DNA from: an uncultured bacterium
GTDB lineage: Bacteria; Chloroflexota; UBA5177; JANWHV01
DNA length: 16,672 nt
NCBI GenBank assembly: GCA_963729625.1
Contig: CAVSOU010000002.1
Coordinates: 1 to 16,672 of the forward strand
Reading direction: 5' to 3'
Made by a program: the position numbers and the translations under genes. The notes below the pieces were generated by a model. That model had not been told where the DNA came from, made no database searches, and saw only the letters and a program-made list of their open reading frames with translations. Below, one piece after another: positions 1 to 7,691 of this stretch. The first letter of the stretch is position 1; the number at the start of each line of letters is the position of its first letter.

Positions 1-17
1 GATAGGTGCGGAATTTG

Positions 18-46
18 TTGCCAAGGCGCGATGCCGGTGCTAGAGT
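18..46 (+). promoter_or_regulatory. sigma70-type promoter for the ABC transporter operon
   Basis: TTGCCA (18-23), 17-nt spacer, extended -10 TG (38-39) plus TAGAGT (41-46), about 140 nt upstream of ATG 187. Confidence 0.65.
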
Positions 47-186
47 AGACGGGATCAGCCACATAGGGAGGTGCAGAACCAGGTTAGAGGCAACGAGGAG
101 TAGGTTTCCGTTATTGTCCCTTTTGGCATTCATTCCGGAGTGGTGTGTTAGCTGTGCTCGTCGCGCACGAGCAGTAGGGGGCTTCG

Positions 187-1533
187 ATGATCAGCTCGCG
201 ACTCAAGCATCTTCTACCTGCGTTGCTCCTGCTTCTTCCCGTCGTTGTTCGTCCTCAATCGCCGATGGTTGCTACAGCGCACTCAAGTGCCAGCGCAACT
301 GTCACAGTGACCTACTATTGGTGGGCCGAAAGCGACGTCCCTGGCGCCGACAAGTGGATGCGCCAGACGATCGCGCTCTTCGAGAAGGCTCATCCGAATA
401 TTCAGATCAAGCTCGAAATCCAAAGCACCGACGCTCTGATCAGCAATTTCCAGGCCGCTGCCGCGGCGCACCGCGGCCCTGACATCGCAACGCAATGGGC
501 GACGATTCCAGTCGTATCCCAGGCCTGGGCAGGCGCCATCGCGCCGCTGAGCGGTCTTATCCCGGCGTCCGAGATCAAGCATTGGGTCGGCACCTCGGAG
601 AACCTCTATGGCGGAAAAGTGTGGGGTATGCCGCTCTATCTGATGGGCATCCCGGTAGTCTACAACAAGGCACTGTTCCGCAAGGCGGGCCTCGATCCAA
701 ACAACCCCCCGACGACCTGGGCACAGTTCCTGAGCGCCTGCGCCAAGCTCAAGGCCCAAGGGATCACACCGTTTACCATGGGCAATAAGGATGGGTATGG
801 CGGCGCCTGGTTCTGGGGTACTTTCGGCAAGGGGAGCTTGAACTCGATCGACGACTTGAAGCGTGCGGTCGTTGGGCAGACACACTTTACCGACTCGAAG
901 TTCACCGACTGGCTTACCGCCCTGCAGACGATGCGAACCTCGGGCTACCTCAACGACGACGTGGCTTCGCTTCAGTTGAACGACGGCACGACGCCGTTCG
1001 CGAAGGGACAGGCTGCCATGACCTTCACCACCGACGCCACCGTCGTCAGTTTCGCCAAGGTGCTCGGCGAGGCTAACGTAGGGGTCTTCCGCGAGCCTCC
1101 AATCGGCAACGGCAAGCTCAGCTCGTGGTACGACGTGACGCAGTCGTCCAGTGAGATGATCACTTCGTGGTCGTCGCACAAAACCGAGGCCGCGATGTTC
1201 CTCATGTTCATGCACACGCCTGAACGCCTCGCCGCGCTCAACCAAACTACCGGCGCTTTCCCTGCCGACGACAGATTCAACACCAAATCGATCACGGATC
1301 CTCTGCAGCGACAAATGCTGGCATGGGACCTTGGCATGAAGAGTGTCTGGCTCGAGAACTTCGTGCCTACTCAGATCGACCTTAATGGCGATCAGGTCGC
1401 CGGCGAGACCGTCACCAGCGGCGGCACTCCGGCGGCGGCTGCCCAGCTGTGGGAGCGCACGGCGCGGCAGTGGCGCGCATCCAACCCGACGGAGATGAAG
1501 CAGTTTACCGCCTGGATCGGATCCGGCTCCTAG
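187..1533 (+). CDS. carbohydrate ABC transporter substrate-binding protein (CUT1 / SBP family 1)
   Basis: 448 aa. N-terminal signal peptide (RLKH + LLPALLLLLPVVV). Family-typical segments FEKAHPNIQIKLE, GPDI, YGGKVWGMP, YNKALFRKAGLD..PPTTW, FAKGQAAM. Purine-rich RBS AGGGGG upstream. Followed by two permeases. Confidence 0.93.
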   Translation: MISSRLKHLLPALLLLLPVVVRPQSPMVATAHSSASATVTVTYYWWAESDVPGADKWMRQTIALFEKAHPNIQIKLEIQSTDALISNFQAAAAAHRGPDIATQWATIPVVSQAWAGAIAPLSGLIPASEIKHWVGTSENLYGGKVWGMPLYLMGIPVVYNKALFRKAGLDPNNPPTTWAQFLSACAKLKAQGITPFTMGNKDGYGGAWFWGTFGKGSLNSIDDLKRAVVGQTHFTDSKFTDWLTALQTMRTSGYLNDDVASLQLNDGTTPFAKGQAAMTFTTDATVVSFAKVLGEANVGVFREPPIGNGKLSSWYDVTQSSSEMITSWSSHKTEAAMFLMFMHTPERLAALNQTTGAFPADDRFNTKSITDPLQRQMLAWDLGMKSVWLENFVPTQIDLNGDQVAGETVTSGGTPAAAAQLWERTARQWRASNPTEMKQFTAWIGSGS

Positions 1534-1535
1534 CT

Positions 1536-2483
1536 GTGCCCCGGGCTGCAGCGCACGTGGGTCCGGCTTCGGACCGTGCGATCTCGGTCAATGCCCCGCG
1601 CAGGCGAGGGCGGGGCGTACGCGCCGCCCTCTTCCCGTACCTCTACATCCTGCCGGCCGCGAGTGTAGTGGGGCTGGTCCTGGGATACCCTCTGGTTGTC
1701 ATCTTCCAGGAAAGCACCCAGACGGGCGGTGTCGGAGAGTCGCAGTACGTGGGCTCCGCCAACTTTAACCTGGTGTTCACGGACCCTGTCTTCTGGCAGG
1801 CCATCGGCGACAACGCAAAGCTGCTTCTGGCCATCCCGTTCTTGGTTGTGCTGTCGCTGCTCTTTGCGATCCTGCTCTTCGAGCGGGTGCGCGGCTGGCG
1901 CCTGTATCGCACGCTGATCTTTGTGCCGTACATCATTGCGATCACGGTCGGCGGGACGGTTTTCGGCCTCTTGTACGAATACAATGGTCCGATCAACCAG
2001 GCACTTCGAACTTTGGGCCTGGGGGCCCTGGCGCTGGATTGGCTTGGCAGGGCCGACCTGGCGATCCCGTCGGTGATGAGTGTCATTATTTGGCACGAGC
2101 TGGGCTTCGGCACGGTTCTGTTCTTGGCGCGCCTGATGTCAGTCCGGGAAGAGCTTTTCGAGGCGGCGCGCATCGACGGCGCGAACTGGTGGCGCATCCA
2201 CTGGCATGTCACTCTTCCTCAGCTGCGTGGTGTGATCCAGTTCTTCGTGGTCGTCGAGGTCATCAACATGATGAGCGGTGTCTTCAATTACATCTATGTG
2301 ATGACCAACGGCGGCCCCGGATTCGCATCGCAGGTCATGGAGTACTACATCTGGCAGAACGCGTTCGCCTTCCGGCAGCAGGGCATCGCCGCGGCGGCCG
2401 CAGTGCTGCTGCTTGGCGTGACCGTGGTTTTCGTGGGGCTGCAATTCACGGTCCGGCGCGGGGAGGCAATCGGCGATGAGTAG
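1536..2483 (+). CDS. carbohydrate ABC transporter permease (MalF/UgpA-like)
   Basis: Multiple TM segments; PYLYILPA, YVGSANF, GPINQAL, EAA loop ELFEAARIDGA, VTLPQL, MTNGGPG. Start uncertain (GTG 1536 or 1557); the ORF-track start at 1449 overlaps the SBP gene. Confidence 0.92.
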   Translation: MPRAAAHVGPASDRAISVNAPRRRGRGVRAALFPYLYILPAASVVGLVLGYPLVVIFQESTQTGGVGESQYVGSANFNLVFTDPVFWQAIGDNAKLLLAIPFLVVLSLLFAILLFERVRGWRLYRTLIFVPYIIAITVGGTVFGLLYEYNGPINQALRTLGLGALALDWLGRADLAIPSVMSVIIWHELGFGTVLFLARLMSVREELFEAARIDGANWWRIHWHVTLPQLRGVIQFFVVVEVINMMSGVFNYIYVMTNGGPGFASQVMEYYIWQNAFAFRQQGIAAAAAVLLLGVTVVFVGLQFTVRRGEAIGDE

Positions 2484-3339
2484 CACGCTGGCGCCACGTC
2501 GCCGCTCTCCATTCGGCACTCTCTTCACCACGGCCGGCACGCTCAGACAGGCGGTGCTCCTGGTCGCCTGCGTCGGCGCCGCCATGCCGCTCTATTTTCT
2601 TATCGTGACCAGCTTGAAGAGCAAGGACGAGTACCTCGTCAACATGTGGGGGTTGCCGCGGCATCCGACGCTCGGCAATTTCTCCACGGCCTTTTCCGAC
2701 GGGCGGTTGATGGGCTGGATGTGGAATAGCGTGCTCGTCACCGTGCTCTCGGTAGGGCTTTGCACGGCGCTCAGTGCCATCGCCGCCTATCCCCTGGCCC
2801 GAATGCGTTTCCCCGGACGTGATACCGTGCTCAACATCTTTATCGCTCTCATGGTGATCCCGCCAGTAATCCTGATCATCCCGCTGTTCGTCATGATGGT
2901 GAATATCAACATGGTGAACACCTACTGGAGCGCGATCGCCATATATTCCGGCCTGATGATTCCATTTTCCGTCTATCTGTTGACGAACTTCTTTCGGACC
3001 GTCCCCGCGGAGATTATCGATGCGTCTACGATTGATGGGTGTTCGCAGTTTCGCACCTTCACGGCAATAATCCTTCCGCTCTCCATGCCGGCGCTGATCA
3101 CACTGGTGATCGTGAACGCGCTCTTTGTCTGGAACGAGTTACTGATCGCGCTGACCTTCTTGCAAGATGATTCGGTGCGGACCTTGATGGCTGGACTGAC
3201 CGAGTTCAAGGGGCGTTACTTTCTCAATCAGCCGCTCATCATGACCGGCGCGCTCATCGCCACGGTCCCCATGTTGCTTGTCTATATCGTCGGCCAGCGT
3301 TTCTTCGTGCGTGGGCTGGTAGCTGGTGCGGTCAAGTAG
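2476..3339 (+). CDS. carbohydrate ABC transporter permease (MalG/UgpE-like)
   Basis: 287 aa. TSLKS, PTLGNF, AAYPLARMRFPGR, EAA-like loop EIIDASTIDGC, WNE, QRFFVRGLVAGAVK terminus. GGGAGG RBS at ~2461; start overlaps the upstream stop (ATGAGTAG). Confidence 0.95.
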   Translation: MSSTLAPRRRSPFGTLFTTAGTLRQAVLLVACVGAAMPLYFLIVTSLKSKDEYLVNMWGLPRHPTLGNFSTAFSDGRLMGWMWNSVLVTVLSVGLCTALSAIAAYPLARMRFPGRDTVLNIFIALMVIPPVILIIPLFVMMVNINMVNTYWSAIAIYSGLMIPFSVYLLTNFFRTVPAEIIDASTIDGCSQFRTFTAIILPLSMPALITLVIVNALFVWNELLIALTFLQDDSVRTLMAGLTEFKGRYFLNQPLIMTGALIATVPMLLVYIVGQRFFVRGLVAGAVK

Positions 3340-3411
3340 CTGTTGGCGGGGTCCGTGCGCAAGTCGAGTCGCCGTACCGGCGCTCGCCAGCTTTCGAGAG
3401 GAGGTTTGTCG

Positions 3412-4584
3412 GTGCCAGGCAGTAGCACGTCAGAACCAACAGCGTCACGTCCTAATGGATCGCCGGTGCGGCGAACGCGCCTTGTCGAGGCGCTGGCACA
3501 CCGGGAACCCGATCGCATACCGGTCCTGTTTGGTGGGCCTTCGTGCTCGATCCACAGGCTGGCACACGCGAACTTACTCGCGCATCTGGGCTGTACACCC
3601 GTTTCCGACGCACCAATCATGGATAGCATCTTGCAAATCGTGGAACCGGATGCGCAGCTCACAGACGCGCTGGACGTCGATGCGCGGTTTCTCGTTCCGC
3701 GAGAGGGCCCACTGGCGTGGGACAGCGATCGTGGGGCCTTTGTTGACCAGTTCGGGCGGCGCTTCCAAGCGGGTGGCGGGTTCTACAATCAGGTGGACCA
3801 GCCGCTGCATGAGGGGTCGTATTCCGAGCTGCGTGCCTACACATTCCCCGCGGTCTCGCGCTACGCCAGCGTCGAAGGGTTGCGTGAGCGGGCGAGAGCG
3901 CTCTACGGGGAAGGTTACGGGCTTGTCGCCGACGGAGCCTGGGGTATCTACGAAATCGCAAGCAGCCTTCGCGGCACCGAAGCGTACTTCACCGACCTCG
4001 CACTCAGTCCGGACTATGCGGCTAATCTCGCCGAACGCGTTCTTGAGGAGCATTTGAAGCCCTACTATCAATTGCTCCTGGCGGAAGTGGGGCCGTACGT
4101 GCAGTTGGTGATCATCAGCGACGACTACGGCAGCCAGCAGGGCCTCCTCTTCTCCCCGGATATGTTCAGGAGGATTTTCAAGCCCCGCCTTCGTCGCCTG
4201 GTAGACTTCATTCACTCCTTGGTTGATGCACGCGTCTACATCCACTCCGATGGCGCTATCTACCGTATCATTCCCGACCTGATCGATGCTGGAATCGATG
4301 GCATCAATCCGGTGCAATACACTGCCCGCGGCATGGACGCCGATCGTCTGAAACACGAATTTGGTCAGCATTTGGGCTTTTTCGGCGGAGGCATCGACAA
4401 CGCGATCTTGACCGGCAACTCCGTGGAGGCTGTCCGGCGCGATGCCGCCCGACAGATCCGAGCGCTTGCTGTCGGAGGGGGCTATCTCTACGCGAGCATT
4501 CACAACATTCCTCCGGAAGCTCCGCCCGGCAATGTGGTCGCCTTCTTCCGGGCCGCGGAAGATTTCGGACGGTACCCACTCTGA
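3412..4584 (+). CDS. uroporphyrinogen decarboxylase / MtbA-CmuA methyltransferase fold protein, function unknown
   Basis: ALAHREPDRIPV, D.FG, LRGTE, SDDYGSQQGLLFSP, HSDG, IPDLIDAGIDGINPVQ, LKHEFG, GGID, GGGY...HNI are typical of the URO-D-like superfamily. GGAGG RBS (3400-3404) 7 nt before in-frame GTG 3412. Confidence 0.88.
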   Translation: MPGSSTSEPTASRPNGSPVRRTRLVEALAHREPDRIPVLFGGPSCSIHRLAHANLLAHLGCTPVSDAPIMDSILQIVEPDAQLTDALDVDARFLVPREGPLAWDSDRGAFVDQFGRRFQAGGGFYNQVDQPLHEGSYSELRAYTFPAVSRYASVEGLRERARALYGEGYGLVADGAWGIYEIASSLRGTEAYFTDLALSPDYAANLAERVLEEHLKPYYQLLLAEVGPYVQLVIISDDYGSQQGLLFSPDMFRRIFKPRLRRLVDFIHSLVDARVYIHSDGAIYRIIPDLIDAGIDGINPVQYTARGMDADRLKHEFGQHLGFFGGGIDNAILTGNSVEAVRRDAARQIRALAVGGGYLYASIHNIPPEAPPGNVVAFFRAAEDFGRYPL

Positions 4585-4623
4585 TCTTGCTTCAGTGGGC
4601 GTGAAGGCGCCGGAGCCTCGGTG

Positions 4624-4642
4624 CCGCGGACCGGTTCCGCGG
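4624..4642. terminator. GC-rich hairpin between convergent genes (possible bidirectional terminator, no U tract)
   Basis: CCGCGGA-ccggt-TCCGCGG, perfect 7-bp stem 40 nt after the stop at 4584; a weaker hairpin (GCGCCG...CGGTGC) lies just upstream. Confidence 0.35.
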
Positions 4643-4647
4643 GTCGG

Positions 4648-5114
4648 CAACTGAGACACCCCGCCAGGGCTTCAGGCGCCAGCAAGCTCAGTCCCGAGAG
4701 CCCGAAGAGCTTGGCACTCGCAGCCTGGATCCACAGGCCAAGCGGAGATTTGTCGAGCGTGACGAAGCCACCGCTGTCGAAGGAGACATAGAAGAAGTTG
4801 TGCCAGCTGGTAAGCATGCTCTTGACGCCGGCTGCGTAGTACGTGTTCGCATAGCCCTCCTGGTCGAGTCCGATAAACTCCAGGCATGCGGACAGGACGA
4901 GAATCAGGCCGTAAGCGACCCAGCGGAGATACAGCACGGTGCGTGCCGGAATTGGAGGAGAAGCGCTCGCATGTGGTGTGAGCAGCCGGACGGTTCGGGC
5001 AGGTAGAACGCCGGCGGTGCCATGGTCAGGCAGATCGGGCGACACGGGCGCGGCATATGCTGCGCCCCTGACCGCCTGGTTCAGGCTGGACGATGTGGCC
5101 CCCCCTCCACCCAT
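4648..5114 (-). pseudogene. 5' fragment of a GT39/PMT (ArnT/YkcB-like) membrane glycosyltransferase
   Basis: After a TM helix, YANTYYAAGVKSMLTSWHNFFYVSFDSGGFVTLDKSPLGLWIQAASAKLFG..LLAPEALAG matches the N-terminus of YkcB-like GT39 proteins, which are normally several hundred aa longer. Similarity ends near 4650, after which the frame runs antisense into the UroD-like gene. Confidence 0.8.
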
Positions 5115-5141
5115 CTTTCTCCACTCGGACCCCACGTTTCC

Positions 5142-5199
5142 ACACTAAGGCAGCGAGTTAAGAGCCCAAAGAGCGCAAGCCAAGAGGATGCAAAGAGGA
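5142..5199 (-). promoter_or_regulatory. putative promoter of the GT39 relic with phased direct repeats
   Basis: Minus-strand TAGTGT -10 candidate (+ 5142-5147). AAGAG repeats on + at 5160, 5169, 5182 and 5193; AAGAGGA copies at 5182 and 5193 are 11 bp apart. Confidence 0.4.
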
Positions 5200-5531
5200 C
5201 AGCGAGCATTCGCTAAGTCCGACGTCGCCGGCGACGCCGGCGTGACGCCAGGCCCGCGTCACCGTCGATGCGGAGGGAGCCTATCGTGAGGCTCATGGAG
5301 GATATCTATGCGGAGTGCCGTGAAGATCCTGCGCGCCGATGCGCCGGCTTGTCGATGCAGCGCATGTTAGCAAGGCTGTGAAGCGGCCGCAGAGCAATCA
5401 TGCTCGCTTGCATACGAGTCCAGAACAAGCACACTCTGAACTACCTGGACCGACCCGTGGCACGGCGATGCCCCGCTGCCGGCCCAGGACCTCCACGTGT
5501 CGAGCAAGCAGTTGCGGTCGTCGGGCGGAGG

Positions 5532-6353
5532 CTACCCCCCGTAGCCGAGAGCGGCGAATCGCGATGCCTGGCGATGCGCCTGCCAATCGCAGATCGCCCA
5601 AAGATCCGCTACAGGCATGGCTGTGTAGGGCAGGGTATGCATGTATCCCGGCGGCCCAAACTCGGGCGTGAGCGTGCTGCTGGCAACCTCATGCGCTGCT
5701 TGCGCCGCCCATACCCACTCCCACCAGCGCTCGTGAGCTTCCACGTGCGCCCGGTACTCCGGAGCACGGGGATCTGGCACTTGCGGGCCCTCTTCATAGC
5801 CGACGCGCGCATGGATATGCAGCGTACGAGCAGCACAGAGGCGGATAGCGTCCGCCTGATCGTCCAGCAGCCGCTCGCCGACCAGAACCCAGTGACTGAA
5901 GTCGGCACACAGACGCATGCTCGGGAAATGTTCCAGCAAGCGCTTCGTGACCCAGGGGTTGTAGAGAATGCGGCCGCGATGTGTCTCGTGGGCGACCCCT
6001 ATGCCAGATTCCTCCTCGAGGCGCAGTGCTTGCGCGAAGAACGCGTGCGATTCCTCTTCGCTGAAGGAGTCCTGGCCGCTATGGGCATTGACAAACAGTG
6101 GGTTGAGTGTCTTTGCCTGTTGAAGGTGACCGGCGAATGACTTGAGATGTTCATCGACAGAATTGCCGGACGTCACGATCTGAGCAATGTAGGCAAACCC
6201 ATGCTCCTGCATGAGCGTCATGAATCTGTGCTCGTCGGCAGGGGCCGGCAACCCTGTCTCGATGCCTTCGTAGCCGGCTGCCTTGATCTGCGGGAAGACT
6301 TCTTCCCATGGTCGCCCTATTCCCCATAGGTGCCGAAACAGCCGTAGCTTCAC
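5532..6353 (-). CDS. xylose isomerase-like TIM barrel sugar phosphate isomerase/epimerase
   Basis: IKAAGYEGIE, HETHRGR, ADFSHW, HIHARVG and TPEFGP give the E/D/H/E metal-ligand pattern of this fold. GTG 6353 follows GGAAGGG; alternative start 6374. Confidence 0.9.
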   Translation of the reverse strand: MKLRLFRHLWGIGRPWEEVFPQIKAAGYEGIETGLPAPADEHRFMTLMQEHGFAYIAQIVTSGNSVDEHLKSFAGHLQQAKTLNPLFVNAHSGQDSFSEEESHAFFAQALRLEEESGIGVAHETHRGRILYNPWVTKRLLEHFPSMRLCADFSHWVLVGERLLDDQADAIRLCAARTLHIHARVGYEEGPQVPDPRAPEYRAHVEAHERWWEWVWAAQAAHEVASSTLTPEFGPPGYMHTLPYTAMPVADLWAICDWQAHRQASRFAALGYGG

Positions 6354-6378
6354 GAGCGCCCCTTCCGTGATCACAGCA

Positions 6379-6399
6379 ATAGTGGTCGATGGTCACTAT
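6379..6399. promoter_or_regulatory. inverted repeat, candidate operator
   Basis: ATAGTG-N9-CACTAT lies between minus-strand -10 candidates (TACACT + 6409-6414; TACGAT + 6402-6407) and the isomerase RBS. Confidence 0.4.
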
Positions 6400-6646
6400 C
6401 AATCGTACAGTGTAGCGTGCATAGTTGTCGGCCAACGTGACGAGCATGCGTGCGAAATCGGGTCAAGCCAATGGAGGGCCGGCAACTCAATCCCGCGCCG
6501 CACCTGGACGTAGCCAAGCCGCGACGAGCCTTGCCGGCGAGCGAGAGAGAGAAACCGTGCCTTCCGGCGGTATGATGATGTATCGAGGGTGCCGGACGAT
6601 GCGGAGGTCTTGCCGGCATTTGATCTCGAGCGCGAAAGGGATAACA

Positions 6647-7681
6647 ATGCTTGCCGCCGTCCTGCACGATTTTGATGACCTGCGTTTGGAAGAAGTCCCG
6701 GTGCCCCAGCCAACCGCGACGGGATCGGTCGTGGTAAAGATCAAGTCGTGTGGCATTTGCGCCACCGATTACAAGGCGATCAAGGGAATTCGCCGGAATG
6801 TGAACTTCCCGTTCATCCCAGGCCACGAGCCCTCCGGTGTCGTCTCCGAGGTCGGCCCAGGGGTCAGCCATTTTAAGGCCGGGGACGAAGTCATTTGCAT
6901 GCCCTCGGGGTCCTGCGGCTTCTGCCGGCACTGCCGGATGGGCACGCCTCACTACTGCGAGCAGTCCTTCACCACCGGCGGGGACGGTCCCCCGGACGTC
7001 TGGCCAGGCGCCTTCGCCGAGTACATGCTGACCAGGGAGAGCAGCCTGTTCCACAAGCCGACGAATCTATCGTTTGACCAGGCCGCGGAGACCGAGCCGC
7101 TCTCAGGCGCCTGGAAGGGTGTGATTCAGTACAGCGGGATGCAGGTGGGCGACGACGTGGTGGTGATTGGCGTGGGAGGCATCGGGCTGCTGTGCCTGAT
7201 GGTGGCCAGGGCAGCGGGCGCTGGGCGGCTGATTGCCGTGGATACCAGCCCTCATGCCTGTGCGCAAGCCCTGAAACTAGGCGCCACGCACGCAGTCGAT
7301 GCGCGTGACCCGGAGGCCAAGAGGCGCGTGTACGAGATCATCCCCCATGGGCCGGACCTGGTGGTCGAGGCGGCCGGGCCCATCGAAGCCGTCAACTTGA
7401 TGGTCGAGTTGCTGCGGCGCGGCACCCGCTGGAATGTGTTCGGCATCACGACGCATGAGAAGTTCGAGCTGGATGGGGGCCGGACACACTTTCTGGAGGC
7501 CCGCATGGACGCCAGCTTCGGCACGACACCGCTGGCCATGCAGAGCGCCATACGGCTCATGGAGACCGGACTGGTGGATATCGGGCAGATTATCACTCAT
7601 CGGTTCCCGCTCAAGGACATCCACAAGGCTCTGGAGGTGATGGCCAGTCCCGATCGCAACAAAGTGATCATCAACCCGTAG
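6647..7681 (+). CDS. zinc-dependent medium-chain (MDR) alcohol dehydrogenase, sorbitol/threonine dehydrogenase-like
   Basis: 344 aa from ATG 6647 (AAAGGGA RBS; TATGAT at 6571-6576). Catalytic Zn motifs GICATD and GHE, structural Zn CGFCRHC..C, EPL, Rossmann GVGGIG with AVD (NAD preference), ITHRFPL. Confidence 0.93.
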   Translation: MLAAVLHDFDDLRLEEVPVPQPTATGSVVVKIKSCGICATDYKAIKGIRRNVNFPFIPGHEPSGVVSEVGPGVSHFKAGDEVICMPSGSCGFCRHCRMGTPHYCEQSFTTGGDGPPDVWPGAFAEYMLTRESSLFHKPTNLSFDQAAETEPLSGAWKGVIQYSGMQVGDDVVVIGVGGIGLLCLMVARAAGAGRLIAVDTSPHACAQALKLGATHAVDARDPEAKRRVYEIIPHGPDLVVEAAGPIEAVNLMVELLRRGTRWNVFGITTHEKFELDGGRTHFLEARMDASFGTTPLAMQSAIRLMETGLVDIGQIITHRFPLKDIHKALEVMASPDRNKVIINP

Positions 7682-7691
7682 ACCTGTAGAC

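Noticed and set aside
84-180. Lysine-riboswitch-like opening (AGAGG...GAGTAG) in the ABC leader
   Set aside because: The downstream conserved elements (GAAAGG, GCCGAA) are absent, the leader is too short, and the operon is for sugar uptake.
3337-3411. Amber (pyrrolysine) readthrough fusing permease and UroD-like gene
   Set aside because: The permease ends at the canonical GAVK terminus, the downstream gene has its own GGAGG RBS, and no pyl genes are visible.
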